Shown piece after piece: positions 8,843 through 20,000 of a stretch of DNA of 64,000 bases (the stretch's first letter is position 1; every line of letters begins with the position of its first letter). The DNA is taken from positions 2,318 to 66,317 of the forward strand of contig CAYTAV010000001.1 of NCBI GenBank assembly GCA_964435875.1, read 5' to 3'. Origin of the DNA: an uncultured Gammaproteobacteria bacterium (GTDB taxonomy: Bacteria; Patescibacteriota; Patescibacteriia; Patescibacteriales; CAYTAV01). The translations under genes and the position numbers were made by a program. The notes under the pieces were generated by a model, which was given only the letters and a program-made list of their open reading frames with translations, was not told the DNA's origin and did no database searches.

Positions 8843-10717
8843 ATGGATATACGGACGGAACGCAAATCAGAGGTAAACGAATGGATTATCTCCGCCCGCT
8901 GGTTCTATATCGGCGGAATTTTTGTTATCGGACTGATGTCCCGCCTGCTTTCAGAGTCAAATGTGAATTTTCCGATCTGGCTCATGGCCGCTTTGCTGAT
9001 CGCAGCTGTCGGTGTCAATACAGCCATGTATGCCGGGATGAGACAGGCTAAAGCCGCAAAATCGGCGCGGATAATAGAATCTATTGGAATATTACAAATT
9101 ATTTTTGAGCTCGTTTTCTTTACGATCCTGATGCATTTCGCCGGAGGAATCGAGAGCGTAGCGATCATCTTCTATTTCATACCCGTAGTTTCCGCGTCGC
9201 TGATCTATGGCGTGCGCGGAGCTGTCTATACGGCGCTAGCTTCGGGAATATTGATCAACCTTCTGCATGTCTCCGAATACGCCGGTTTGATCACGCACCA
9301 ACCGCGTTATGATGAGCCGACGATCGAATTTTCCGATCTGTCGATCGCGCTAACCAAGACGATAACCGTTTCAATTTTCTATTTCATCGTCGGTATCTTC
9401 TCCGGCTACGGTTCGCGGCTCCTGTTCGCCCGCGAACAGCTCCTAATGAAGCATGCTGACAAGCTGGACCGCGAATCAAAGCAGCGGGCAAAACAGCTCG
9501 AACAGCTGGATTCTACCGCCCGCCTGCTTGTCAAGCGGGATCTTGAACTGACCAAGATCAACAGCGAGCTGGACAAGAAGATCGAGGAGATCGAGAAGTC
9601 GGAGGCTTCGCTCATGAAAGCGTTCCGCGATATCGAGAACGAGCGCAACAAGACGCTCGCGATAATTTCCAATCTTACCGATCCGATCATCGTGCTTGAT
9701 ACCGAGCACCGCATCAACCTGTTCAATCATGCGGCGCAGGAGATACTCGGCCTGACCGGCGCGGACATCGGGGTTCCCATATCGGACAAGAACAGCTTCA
9801 GCATCGAGAATTTCGAAGAAGTCGTCAGGCATGAATTCACCCATAAGAAAGTCGAGGAAAACAAGACGCTCGGGACGATAACCGAGGAGATGGCCGTCAA
9901 GATGGGCGATCATGACATAACTTATAAGGTGTTGACGGCTAATGTCGTCGATGAGGAGCGGCGCCAGCTCGGGATCATGAAAGTCTTTTACGACCTGACC
10001 CGCGAAAAGATGATCGACAACATGAAATCTGAATTTATCTCGATCGCCGCACACCAGTTGCGCACCCCGCTATCGGCGATCAAATGGATCATGAAGATGG
10101 TGTTGGATGAGGATGCTGGAGCGCTCAATCAAGAGCAGAAGGATCTCTTAGCAAAAGGCTACCAATCGAACGAGCGGATTATCAACCTGGTGAACGACCT
10201 ATTGAACGTATCGCGCATCGAAGAAGGCAGGTTCGGCTTTAATTTTACAGCAATCGATTTCACTGAAGTGCTGGACGTCGTCATTGAGAGCGTTGAAAAG
10301 ATCGCCGAAGAGCATAAGATCAAGCTGACGGTCAAAAAGCCCGAGAATAAGCTGGTAGTATACGCCGACAAGAGCCGGCTGATCATGGTATTGCAGAATA
10401 TGGTTGAAAATTCGATAAAATATACGCCTGAACTAGGCAAAATCGACATTGAAATAGCGGCGATCAAGAACAATATGATGCGCGTCGCGGTCAAGGATAA
10501 CGGTGTCGGCATACCTGACGCTGACAAGCACAAGCTATTCTCGAAGTTCTTCAGAGCATCGAATGTTATCCGCATGGAAACCGAGGGCACGGGCCTCGGG
10601 CTGTTCATCGCGAAGAATATCATCGAAAAGCACGGCGGCATGATCATGGTGGCAAGCGAGGAAGGCAAGGGCACCGAAGTCGCTTTTACTCTGCCCTTGC
10701 ATATGGCAGGCCAGTAG
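8843..10717 (+). CDS. Sensor histidine kinase (multi-TM, coiled coil, PAS, HisKA, HATPase)
   Basis: About 6 N-terminal TM helices. H-box SIAAHQLRTPLSAI, N-box MVENSIKYT, and G-boxes DNGVGI and GTGLGL. Confidence 0.85.
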   Translation: MDIRTERKSEVNEWIISARWFYIGGIFVIGLMSRLLSESNVNFPIWLMAALLIAAVGVNTAMYAGMRQAKAAKSARIIESIGILQIIFELVFFTILMHFAGGIESVAIIFYFIPVVSASLIYGVRGAVYTALASGILINLLHVSEYAGLITHQPRYDEPTIEFSDLSIALTKTITVSIFYFIVGIFSGYGSRLLFAREQLLMKHADKLDRESKQRAKQLEQLDSTARLLVKRDLELTKINSELDKKIEEIEKSEASLMKAFRDIENERNKTLAIISNLTDPIIVLDTEHRINLFNHAAQEILGLTGADIGVPISDKNSFSIENFEEVVRHEFTHKKVEENKTLGTITEEMAVKMGDHDITYKVLTANVVDEERRQLGIMKVFYDLTREKMIDNMKSEFISIAAHQLRTPLSAIKWIMKMVLDEDAGALNQEQKDLLAKGYQSNERIINLVNDLLNVSRIEEGRFGFNFTAIDFTEVLDVVIESVEKIAEEHKIKLTVKKPENKLVVYADKSRLIMVLQNMVENSIKYTPELGKIDIEIAAIKNNMMRVAVKDNGVGIPDADKHKLFSKFFRASNVIRMETEGTGLGLFIAKNIIEKHGGMIMVASEEGKGTEVAFTLPLHMAGQ

Positions 10718-10809
10718 GATATTATTAATCATATAGATCTCGCAGTTTTTCCGCACTACAACTGAAAGTGGGCGGTAATCCTGCAGAATAATCGCTAATA
10801 TTTAAAAAT

Positions 10810-11634
10810 ATGCCCGACAAAAAAGTATTATTGATCGAGGATGAGGTTTCCCTCGCCGAAGTATTAGAACTGAAGCTGAAGAAGGAAAATTATAACGTGA
10901 TTGTCGCTAATGACGGCGAGGATGGTTTTAACAAAGTTAAAACCGAACAGCCTGATTTGATCCTGCTCGATATATTGCTTCCAAAAATGAACGGCTATGA
11001 GGTGCTGGAAAAGATGCATGAAGAGGGTCTGCCGATCCCGCCAATCATTATTATCTCGAATTCCGGCCAGCCGATCGAGATCGAAAAAACTTCGAAATTA
11101 GGAGCAGTCGATCATCTTATCAAGGCGCAGTTCGATCCGGCGGAAGTAGTACGCAAGGTGCATTCACACCTCAATCCTGGAGCGCTCGAGGCCTTGCCAA
11201 AACAAGCTGCGCCTGCACCAACCATCATGCAGGAAAGCGGGGCGGATGACAGTGGGGCGATCAAAATACTTCTGGTCGAAGATGATAAATTCTTGCGCGA
11301 TATTTGCCGGACCAAGCTGCTTAAAGAAGGATTCAACGTGCATGAGGCGATTGACGGCGAGCAGGCACTGCAGGACATCGAATCGGCCCAGCCGGACATC
11401 GTGCTACTGGACATCATTCTGCCGAATATCGACGGCTACCAAGTGTTGACAGAAATCCGGGCTAATCAGAACCCCAAGATCGCCAAGGTACCGATCATCA
11501 TGCTTTCCAATCTTGGGCAGGAAGACGACATCAAGCGCGCGCTCGACCTCGGGGCGAACAATTATCTCGTCAAAGCGCATTTTACGACCGATGAAATCGT
11601 CGAGAAGATCAAGAAAGAACTTAAAATTGCCTAG
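10810..11634 (+). CDS. Response regulator with two receiver (REC) domains and no output domain
   Basis: Two REC units (VLLIEDE...LILLDILLP...K and ILLVEDD...IVLLDIILP...K) joined by an Ala/Pro linker. Confidence 0.8.
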   Translation: MPDKKVLLIEDEVSLAEVLELKLKKENYNVIVANDGEDGFNKVKTEQPDLILLDILLPKMNGYEVLEKMHEEGLPIPPIIIISNSGQPIEIEKTSKLGAVDHLIKAQFDPAEVVRKVHSHLNPGALEALPKQAAPAPTIMQESGADDSGAIKILLVEDDKFLRDICRTKLLKEGFNVHEAIDGEQALQDIESAQPDIVLLDIILPNIDGYQVLTEIRANQNPKIAKVPIIMLSNLGQEDDIKRALDLGANNYLVKAHFTTDEIVEKIKKELKIA

Positions 11635-11656
11635 CAACCGGAATAATATCTCCATA

Positions 11657-11681
11657 AAAGCCCCCTTTTGCGGGGCTTTTT
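11657..11681 (+). terminator. Intrinsic terminator after the REC-REC gene
   Basis: AAAGCCCC-loop-GGGGCTTTTT. Confidence 0.7.
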
Positions 11682-11758
11682 GCTTATTGCGTAAACAATT
11701 ATCTTAGATTATAGTATTGGGAGTGTTCATTGGCTAAAAACAACAGGGGGGGCTGGAC

Positions 11759-12025
11759 ATGGAAAGGGAAGTCATGCTGGAAGGACTGCTTGCCAAACTC
11801 AAGGAAATGCGGGAGTTACAGGATGAAATAGCCGGGTTGGCGCAGGCAAGACCGACTGATAAATGCGATATAACGCAGATCGATCAGATGGCAAGCCAGG
11901 GCGTAATAAGCCAGGAGGTAATCGAGCATATCGAAAGAGATAAATGCGCCCATTGCCTGTTTCTGGTCGTAAGGATCTACAGGGAAATAGTCAGTTCATT
12001 CCTGAGGGCAGAAATCAAAGCCTGA
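11759..12025 (+). CDS. Hypothetical protein (88 aa)
   Basis: The ORF is followed by its own hairpin terminator at 12064-12087. No family was recognised. Confidence 0.35.
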   Translation: MEREVMLEGLLAKLKEMRELQDEIAGLAQARPTDKCDITQIDQMASQGVISQEVIEHIERDKCAHCLFLVVRIYREIVSSFLRAEIKA

Positions 12026-12063
12026 CAAATCGATTCTAGGGGACGATACCCCGACAAAAACTC

Positions 12064-12087
12064 GCCAAGCAGTGTGCTTGGCTTTTT
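12064..12087 (+). terminator. Intrinsic terminator
   Basis: GCCAAGCA-gtg-TGCTTGGC followed by TTTTT. Confidence 0.65.
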
Positions 12088-12173
12088 ACTAAATATAGAA
12101 ACATATAAATATCCATCAGCTGATAGCTGGAATCTGATTTGCGGAAATCAGAAAATAATGAGAAGCTCGAATT

Positions 12174-13535
12174 ATGCGTAATAACAGGTTTAAGCCCGAA
12201 TTGATCGCTCCGGCGGGGACGATCGAGAAAATGAAGGCTGCGTTCGCTTTCGGAGCGGATGCGGTTTATTTAGGCGAACCCCGCTACTCCCTGCGTTCGC
12301 GGCTTAACGAATTCGATCCTGGGAAAATCAGGCAAGGAACCGCTTATGCTCATAAGTACGGCAAACGGGTTTATGCAACAGCCAATATTATTGCGCAGGA
12401 AAAGGATCTGAAGGGCTTGAGCGCTCATGTCAGGATGCTCGAACGCGCCGGGGCTGATGCCGTGATCATTTCCGACCCGGGCGTATTCTCGATCGTAAAG
12501 CAAGTCTGGCCGCGTGCGCGCATCCATCTGTCGACACAGGCTAATTGCATCAATTCCGCTTCCGCTCGCTTCTGGCAAAAACAAGGCATAGCGAGAGTGA
12601 TACTTGGCAGAGAAGCAACGCTCGAGGATATAAGAAAAATAAAAAAGGTGGCACCCAGCCTGGAACTCGAATATTTCGTCCATGGCGCCATGTGCATGGC
12701 TTATTCAGGCCGGTGCTTCTTAAGCAAACAGTTGAAGGAAAGGAGCGCTAATCAAGGAGATTGCGCCCAGCCTTGCAGATGGAAATATGAAAGGAGTGCA
12801 AAGGCCAAAGATCAAAAATTAAATAATTTGGAAGAACAGTTCGATATTATCGGAGAAAACAAGCAACTCGTAATCGAAGAAGACCAGCAAGGAAGCTATA
12901 TATTCAATTCGAAGGACCTCTGCCTGATCAAGCATCTTGATGCGCTGGGCGCGGCAGGCATCCGGGCGTTCAAGGTCGAAGGCCGGGCGAAAAGCGTTTA
13001 TTATATCGCGGCAGTAATTGGCGCTTATAGGAAGGCGGTTGATAATATCGGATGCAATAAGCAGGTAGCTAAAAAAGAATCCGAGCTGCTGTATGACGAA
13101 CTTTTCAAAAAGACTTACCACCGCGGATTTACACACGGCTTTCTTTTCGGCAAGTACGGAAGCGAGGAGTTGATCGACAGGCATTATTTCCATCCTGAGT
13201 GGGAATTCTGCGGCCAAGTCCTTGCTTCAAGAAGGCTTAGGAATCGCAGGCCTTTTGCATCCGGAAAATTCAGTATCCTGCTAAAAGCGCATAATACCCT
13301 GAAGTGCGGTGAAGAGATTGAGGCACTTCTGCCGGGTTATGATATAATCAAGGTAAGAGTGATGAGGATTTTGGATGCGTCAAGCCGCAAAGAGCTTAAG
13401 GAAGCGCACGGCGGGCAGGGCCTGCGCGTTATAATCGAGACTGCTATTGATCTGCCGGAATACAGCGTCTTACGCAGGAAAATAAGCAGAATCAGCCCTG
13501 ACTACCGCAATAAATCGAACAATATTCCTATATGA
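12174..13535 (+). CDS. Peptidase U32 family protein
   Basis: U32 signature block EYFVHGAMCMAYSGRCFLS and the N-terminal PELIAPAG...A...GADAVYLG block. Confidence 0.8.
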   Translation: MRNNRFKPELIAPAGTIEKMKAAFAFGADAVYLGEPRYSLRSRLNEFDPGKIRQGTAYAHKYGKRVYATANIIAQEKDLKGLSAHVRMLERAGADAVIISDPGVFSIVKQVWPRARIHLSTQANCINSASARFWQKQGIARVILGREATLEDIRKIKKVAPSLELEYFVHGAMCMAYSGRCFLSKQLKERSANQGDCAQPCRWKYERSAKAKDQKLNNLEEQFDIIGENKQLVIEEDQQGSYIFNSKDLCLIKHLDALGAAGIRAFKVEGRAKSVYYIAAVIGAYRKAVDNIGCNKQVAKKESELLYDELFKKTYHRGFTHGFLFGKYGSEELIDRHYFHPEWEFCGQVLASRRLRNRRPFASGKFSILLKAHNTLKCGEEIEALLPGYDIIKVRVMRILDASSRKELKEAHGGQGLRVIIETAIDLPEYSVLRRKISRISPDYRNKSNNIPI

Positions 13536-14110
13536 TTGCATTTATCAAAGGAACGATCCAGAATAAAGGAAAAGGTTATGTGATTATCCGGGCCGGGGAT
13601 GTCGGGTACCAAGTATTCGTCGGCCCTGCCTTATTCGCGGACCTGGAAATCGGCAGTTCGGCCGAGCTATACACGCATCAATATGTGCGCGAGGACGCGC
13701 TCGACCTATTCGGTTTCCGGAAGATTAGCGAACTCGAGATGTTCGAACTACTCCTGACAATCTCTGGAATCGGTCCGAAATCGGCGCTGGGAGTTCTTTC
13801 GGTAGCCGGAGTCGCTGATATCAAGGAATCAATCGCCAGGGGAGATCCCCACCTTCTGACCAAGGTTTCCGGAATCGGGAAAAAGACGGCCGAAAGAGTG
13901 ATCCTCGAACTGCGGGAGAAGGTCGGTTATGGATCAGTCGATCTGCGAAGCGGCGGGGGAACGATGTCCGGAGGCGACGAGATCGACGCGCTGGTCGCGC
14001 TAGGCTATTCAATATCGGACGCGCGTGATGCTTTAAGGACGGTTGATCCCTTAATCAAGGATTCAAGGGAGCGGATCAGGGCGGCCTTAAGAAATCTAAG
14101 CAAGCAATGA
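13532..14110 (+). CDS. ruvA: Holliday junction branch-migration complex subunit RuvA
   Basis: MIAFIKG......VII...GVGYQV, helix-hairpin-helix motifs ISGIGPKSAL and VSGIGKKTAERV, and a C-terminal domain III. It overlaps the upstream stop by 4 nt. Confidence 0.9.
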   Translation: MIAFIKGTIQNKGKGYVIIRAGDVGYQVFVGPALFADLEIGSSAELYTHQYVREDALDLFGFRKISELEMFELLLTISGIGPKSALGVLSVAGVADIKESIARGDPHLLTKVSGIGKKTAERVILELREKVGYGSVDLRSGGGTMSGGDEIDALVALGYSISDARDALRTVDPLIKDSRERIRAALRNLSKQ

Positions 14111-14119
14111 AACAACCAG

Positions 14120-15124
14120 ATGGTGACAGCGCCCCTAAAAGACAGGAAGGAATTGAACTTTTTCTTGATCAGCCAGGAACATGCGCCATTCCAGCAATCA
14201 TGGGAATGGGGCGATTTTCAGGAAGCGGCTGGTAACAGGATCGTCCGGATCGGTGTATTTGATGATAGCGGCGGGTTATGCGCGGCGGCGACGCTTGTGA
14301 AAAAGCATCTGCCGGCAAATGCGAGCTATATGTATTGCCCGAAAGGGCCGGTTATCGCATCAAAAACAGTCGACCACAAATTACAGATTATCGATGCTTT
14401 AGTAAACGGCATAATCGACATTGCTAGGCAGGAAAAAGCGATATTTTTCCGTTTCGAACCGCCGGATCCGCCCGAAAAATATTATAAGCAGGCGGTCAGG
14501 ACGATCGATGTACAGCCAAGCCGGACAAGCATAATCGAGATCAACAGGGACAGCACAGACATCATGAAAACGATGCATCCGAAGACCCGCTATAATATCA
14601 GGTTAGCCGAGAAGAAGGGTTTGAGGGTAAATGAAGCCGGAATAGAGGATTTTGAAGGATTCTGGCAGCTGATGATGGAAACTAGGGACCGGGACGGTTT
14701 TAGGTTGCATCCTAAGGAATATTATCGAAGGATGTTGGGTATCGGCGGAGCTAAACCTGCAGCAGGAAAAGCGCTATCCGTAGCATTGCTCACTGCGGAG
14801 TTCGAGGGCCGCCTGATCGCCGGTAATATCATGGCGATTTTCGGCGATACCGCGACCTACGTCCACGGGGCATCCTCCAATGCCTGGCGGCAAGTGATGG
14901 CTCCTTATCTCCTGCAGTGGGCAGGTGTCAGGAAAGCTCAAGAGCTCGGATGCAAATTTTACGACCTTTACGGCATCGATGAGCGCAAGTGGCCAGGCGT
15001 TACGAGATTCAAGCTCGGTTTTGGCGGTTATGAACAAGCTTATCCCGGCACATTCGACTTCCCGCTCGCCGGCTGGCAATACAATATCTACCGAGCTTTA
15101 AGGGCAGCCAGGAGGCTTATCTAG
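14120..15124 (+). CDS. FemA/FemB-family peptidoglycan interpeptide-bridge aminoacyltransferase
   Basis: FQQSWEWGDFQ block near the N-terminus and a GNAT-like duplicated fold length of about 330 aa with a C-terminal YDLYGI block. Confidence 0.7.
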   Translation: MVTAPLKDRKELNFFLISQEHAPFQQSWEWGDFQEAAGNRIVRIGVFDDSGGLCAAATLVKKHLPANASYMYCPKGPVIASKTVDHKLQIIDALVNGIIDIARQEKAIFFRFEPPDPPEKYYKQAVRTIDVQPSRTSIIEINRDSTDIMKTMHPKTRYNIRLAEKKGLRVNEAGIEDFEGFWQLMMETRDRDGFRLHPKEYYRRMLGIGGAKPAAGKALSVALLTAEFEGRLIAGNIMAIFGDTATYVHGASSNAWRQVMAPYLLQWAGVRKAQELGCKFYDLYGIDERKWPGVTRFKLGFGGYEQAYPGTFDFPLAGWQYNIYRALRAARRLI

Positions 15125-15152
15125 ACAAGAATAAATAGATAAATTGATATAA

Positions 15153-16565
15153 ATGCCAATACTCAACAAGATAAAGCAGTTGATTCCGCGCGGGATTTTC
15201 CACGTATTACAGCCAGCATACCACTTCTCCTTGTCATGGCTGGCCGCGATAATACACGGGAATCCCAGCCGTAAGCTGATCGTTGTCGGCGTAACCGGTA
15301 CTACGGGTAAAACTACAAGTGTTTATCTGATCGCGAAAATACTGGAAGGAGCTGGGTATAAAACCGGCTTCACCTCGACAGCTCTGTTCAATGACGGAGA
15401 GCGGGAATGGCTGAACGACAAGAAGATGACGATGGTCGGCCGTTTCTTTACGCAGAAGATGCTCAAAAGAATGGTCAGGAACGGGTGCTGTTGCGCTATC
15501 ATTGAAACGACATCCGAAGGGGTGCGCCAGTTCAGGCATCGGTTCATCAATTACGATATCCTGGTTATTACAGGGCTTTACCCCGAACATATCGAATCGC
15601 ATGGCAGTTTCGAAAACTATAAGCGAGCCAAAGGCGAGCTATTCAAGCACCTTAAGCGCTGTTCGACCAAGTATGTCGATGATGCATGCCGAGTTGCCGG
15701 GATTGCAACGGAAATAAAGAAACTTGAGTTAAAACGGATCAAAAAGACGATTATAGCCAATGGAAACGATCCCTTCGCCGGATACTTCCTGGCTTTTTGG
15801 GCAGAAGAAAAGTTCGCATACTTAAACAAATCGTCCGCCAAAGAGATCGGTCCAGACCCGGAGGCAATAAAAACGGTCGAGTTTGATCGGGTGATGTCTG
15901 ACAGCAAGGGGACGGTTTTCTATTGCCAGGATAAAGAAATACGACTTCGAATGCTTGGAGAATTCAATGCGGAGAACGCAATGGCTGCCATAACCGTGGG
16001 AACTGCATTGAGCGTGCCGTTTGATAGTATGAAATCCGGGCTTGAAAACATCGGCGGGGTCCCTGGCAGGCTCGAAAAAATCGATGCAGGCCAGAATTTT
16101 ACGGTCATAATCGATTATGCGTTCGAGCCAAACGCGCTGTTGAAATTATATGATACATTGGAAAAAATTCCGCATAATAGTATTATCCATGTGCTTGGCT
16201 CGACAGGGGGTGGCAGGGATGTTGCCCGTCGACCCGTGATGGGTAGAATAGCTGGTCAAAAGGCGAATTTTGTGATTATCACGAACGAAGATCCATATGA
16301 TGACGATCCCCAGCTGATAATCGACCAGGTAGCGGTCGGGGCTGAAAAGTCAGGGAAGAATGCCGGGACAAATTTATTAAAGATACTAGAACGTAGAGAA
16401 GCGATCAAAAAGGCGTTCGAACTGGCAGAAAATGGCGATATTGTAATAATCACAGGGAAGGGCTGTGAGCAGGGTATATGCGGACCTGGAGGCCGGATCG
16501 ACCCCTGGGATGACAGGGTTGTAGCGAGAGAGTTGTTGGAAAAAGCGGTATCCGCAAGCAAATAA
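15153..16565 (+). CDS. Mur ligase family protein (MurE-like)
   Basis: ATP-binding loop VGVTGTTGKTT, DYAFEPNAL (compare DYAHTPDAL in MurE), GSTGGGRD..RRP.MG and ITNEDPY.DDP. Confidence 0.7.
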   Translation: MPILNKIKQLIPRGIFHVLQPAYHFSLSWLAAIIHGNPSRKLIVVGVTGTTGKTTSVYLIAKILEGAGYKTGFTSTALFNDGEREWLNDKKMTMVGRFFTQKMLKRMVRNGCCCAIIETTSEGVRQFRHRFINYDILVITGLYPEHIESHGSFENYKRAKGELFKHLKRCSTKYVDDACRVAGIATEIKKLELKRIKKTIIANGNDPFAGYFLAFWAEEKFAYLNKSSAKEIGPDPEAIKTVEFDRVMSDSKGTVFYCQDKEIRLRMLGEFNAENAMAAITVGTALSVPFDSMKSGLENIGGVPGRLEKIDAGQNFTVIIDYAFEPNALLKLYDTLEKIPHNSIIHVLGSTGGGRDVARRPVMGRIAGQKANFVIITNEDPYDDDPQLIIDQVAVGAEKSGKNAGTNLLKILERREAIKKAFELAENGDIVIITGKGCEQGICGPGGRIDPWDDRVVARELLEKAVSASK

Positions 16566-16642
16566 GTAAGTAATGTTTTATATTGCTAAAATTAAACAAA
16601 AATATTCATCTTGATTTAATTCCGTCTTTAGTTTAAAATATA

Positions 16643-16671
16643 TTGACATTTGGAAAAACATTTGTTAAGAT
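16643..16671 (+). promoter_or_regulatory. Sigma-70-like promoter candidate P1 upstream of rpoB
   Basis: TTGACA (16643-16648), a 17-nt spacer, then TAAGAT (16666-16671). Confidence 0.4.
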
Positions 16672-16681
16672 ACAGCTACTA

Positions 16682-16711
16682 TTGACAAAAAAACGGAATT
16701 GATTGTATTAA
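16682..16711 (+). promoter_or_regulatory. Sigma-70-like promoter candidate P2 upstream of rpoB
   Basis: TTGACA (16682-16687), an 18-nt spacer, then TATTAA (16706-16711). Confidence 0.35.
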
Positions 16712-17015
16712 TAGTGTCCCCGAAAAGGGAAGAATTCTCATAAAATTTATAGAAAACCGAACAATTAGCGATCGTTACAGAGCAGTCGTTTTTTATTTTT
16801 ATCGGTACCGGCAAGGTTGATCTGGTTATCCGCCCCAAGCATCCGTACCCGAATCAGGAAAAATCTTCAGCATCTTTAGCACAGGCAGACTTTGCGCAAT
16901 TTTTAAGGCAGACGTATTTATAAGCCACGATTAAATAAAATTAGTGTCTCCTGTTCTCACATGATTTCTATAACCTAATTAATAACAAACTCAAGGAATG
17001 CTTGAGGATTTTTTT

Positions 17016-20000
17016 ATGCATATGGAAGCGAAAAAGCGCAAATACTTTACCTCACTTTACAAGGATGCTCCCGAGCCGAATTTAATCGAGATCCAGAAGG
17101 ACTCTTACGACTGGTTTCTAAAAGAAGGGTTAGCCGATCTATTCGATGAAATTTCACCGGTTACTGATTTTATCGGGAGGGACCTGCAGCTTTATTTCGA
17201 TGAATTCTATCTTGATGAACCGAAGTTCAATGAAGCAGAAAGCAAGGCAAAGAATATAACGTATGAAGCGCCCTTGAGGGTCAAGACTCGCCTGGTCAAC
17301 CAGCGCACTGAGACTGAAACAGCCCAAGAGGTGTTTCTTGGGGACCTTCCGATCATGACAAAGAACGGCACGTTCATAGTCAACGGCATTGAGCGCGTGG
17401 TCGTTTCACAGCTGATCCGAAGCGCCGGCGTCATCTTTTCTTCAGAGTTCATCAAGGGAAAGAAATTCTACGGCGCAAAGATAATCCCTAATCGGGGCGC
17501 CTGGCTTGAATTTGAAACGGATGTCAACAAAGTCATCTGGGTCAGGATCGACCGCAAGAGGAAAGTTGCAGCCACGTCGCTTTTACGCGCGTTCGGCTTC
17601 GGCACTGACGATGAGATCTGGCAAGTCTTGCGCGACCTAAAGGACGCAAGCGGGGAAAGGGATGAATACATAAAGGCGACGATCGGCAAGGATGCGGCTA
17701 CAAATGAAGCCGAAGGGCTTAAGGAGGTCTATAAGCGAATCCGTCCGGGCGATCTTGCCACAACCGATAATGCCCGCCAGCTGATTTTTTCCATGTTCTT
17801 CCGTTTTGACCGTTATGATTTCGGCCGCGTCGGCAGATACAAGCTTAACAAGCGCTTTGCTTTTGATATACCCAACAATAAGGAGACTCGCGTATTAAGG
17901 AAGGAAGATGTTGTTGCGATTATCAAGGAAATAATCGATCTTAACGTTTCCCAGAGGAAGGAGGATGATATCGATCATCTTGGCAATCGCCGCGTCCGGG
18001 CAATCGGCGAGCTTCTGCAGAACAAGTTCAGGGTCGGCTTGGCTCGCATGGAGAGGATCATACGCGACCGCATGAGCACGATCGAGATAAATGCCATTAC
18101 TCCCAACAAGCTGATCAATGCCCGTCCGGTGATCGGAGTCGTCAGGGAATTCTTCATGTCATCCCAGCTCTCACAATTCATGGACCAGACAAACCCGCTT
18201 TCCGAACTCGAGCATAAACGCCGCCTTTCGGCCATGGGACCTGGCGGGCTTACCAGGGAGCGGGCCGGTTTCGACGTGCGCGACGTACATACGACGCATT
18301 ACGGACGCATCTGCCCGATCGCCACTCCCGAAGGCCCCAATATCGGCTTAGTCGGCCATCTCGCGAGCTATGCCCGTTTGAACAGCTTCGGCTTCCTTGA
18401 AGCTCCTTTTCGCAGGGTCCTCCATGACGTGCCCAACGAACCGGAGTTTACGAAAGGAAAAATCGCCCGCGAAGATATCCGCGAGATTACGAAATCTGGA
18501 GAGCCCGGCAAAGTATTGATCAAAGCCGGAGAAATGATTAACGATAAGAAAGCTGAAGAGCTTCATGCGAAGCAGGGCCATATCGCGATACCGATCGTAC
18601 CGCTGGTCACGGATGAGATCGTTTTACTCGATGCGTTTGAAGAGGAAAAATATATTGTAACAGCCGCAACGACACCGATCGACGAGAACGGTAAGTTCCT
18701 GGTAGAGCGTGCGGAAGTCAGGAAATACGGGCAACCCGCTACGGAAGATATCGAGAATATCGATTTTATGGGCGTTGCGGCGAACCAGATCGTTTCGGTC
18801 GCTACCTCGCTGATCCCGTTCATGGAGCATAACGACGGGCAGCGCGCTCTTATGGGGACGAACATGCAGAGGCAGGCTGTTCCGCTTATCAATGCCGAGT
18901 CGCCGATCGTCGGTACCGGCATCGAGGGCCTGGCCGCCCGCGATTCGGGCCATATCATCATCGCTGATGAGGACGGGGAGATCTCGAAAGTCGACAGTTC
19001 GACAGTCGCGATAAAGAACAAGGCTGGCAAACAGAAAGCCTATAAGCTCACAAAGTTTCTCAGGTCCAATGCTTCAACCTGCATAAACCAGCGTCCGGTC
19101 GTTTCCAAGGGCGACCGCGTCGGCAAGGGAGACGTCATTACTGATTCGTCGGCGATCGACCGCGGGGAACTCGCGCTCGGGAAAAACGCGCTTGTAGCAT
19201 TTATGACATGGGAAGGATTCAATTATGAGGACGCGATCATCATATCCGAAAGGCTGGTCAAGGACGACACTTTCACGTCGATCTATATCGAAGATTTCAT
19301 GATAGATGTCCGCGATACCAAGCTCGGTCCCGAGGTCATCACTAATGACATACCTAATATCGGCGAAGAAAAACTCAAGAATCTTGACGAGGGCGGCATC
19401 GTCCGCATCGGGGCAAAAGTTTCGTCAGGCGATATCCTGGTCGGGAAGATAACGCCAAAGGGAGAGACCGAACTGTCGGCGGAAGAGAAGCTCCTGCGGG
19501 CGATATTCGGTGAAAAAGCGAAAGATGTACGCGATTCTTCATTATACCTTGAGCACGGGGAGCATGGGAAAGTCATCGATGTTAAGATTTTTTCACGGGA
19601 GGAAGGCGATAAGCTTTCTGCCGGGATCATCAAGACCGTGCAGGTCACCGTAGCCAATCTGCGCAAGATCCAGGTTGGAGATAAGATGGCCGGACGCCAC
19701 GGGAACAAAGGGGTCATCTCGAAGATCGTGCCTGTAGAGGATATGCCCTATCTCAAGGATGGCACCCCGATCGATATCATACTTTCTCCGCTGGGTATCA
19801 TATCCCGTATGAATCTCGGCCAGCTCCTGGAGACCCACATGGGATTTGCCGCCAAGAAGCTAGGCTACAAGGTTGCGACGCCTGCGTTGAACGGCATATC
19901 AGAACAGACTGTTGTCAGCGAGCTCGAAAGAGCAGGCCTCAACCCGGACGGAAAGGTTACGCTCTATGACGGCAAGACCGGTGAACCTTATGATAATCCG

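Noticed and set aside
16990-17015. The CTCAAG-gaatg-CTTGAG hairpin plus T-run as a transcription attenuator in front of rpoB.
   Set aside because: The stem is only 6 bp and overlaps candidate start codons and the SD-like GAGG. It is too weak to call as a feature and is only mentioned in the leader finding.
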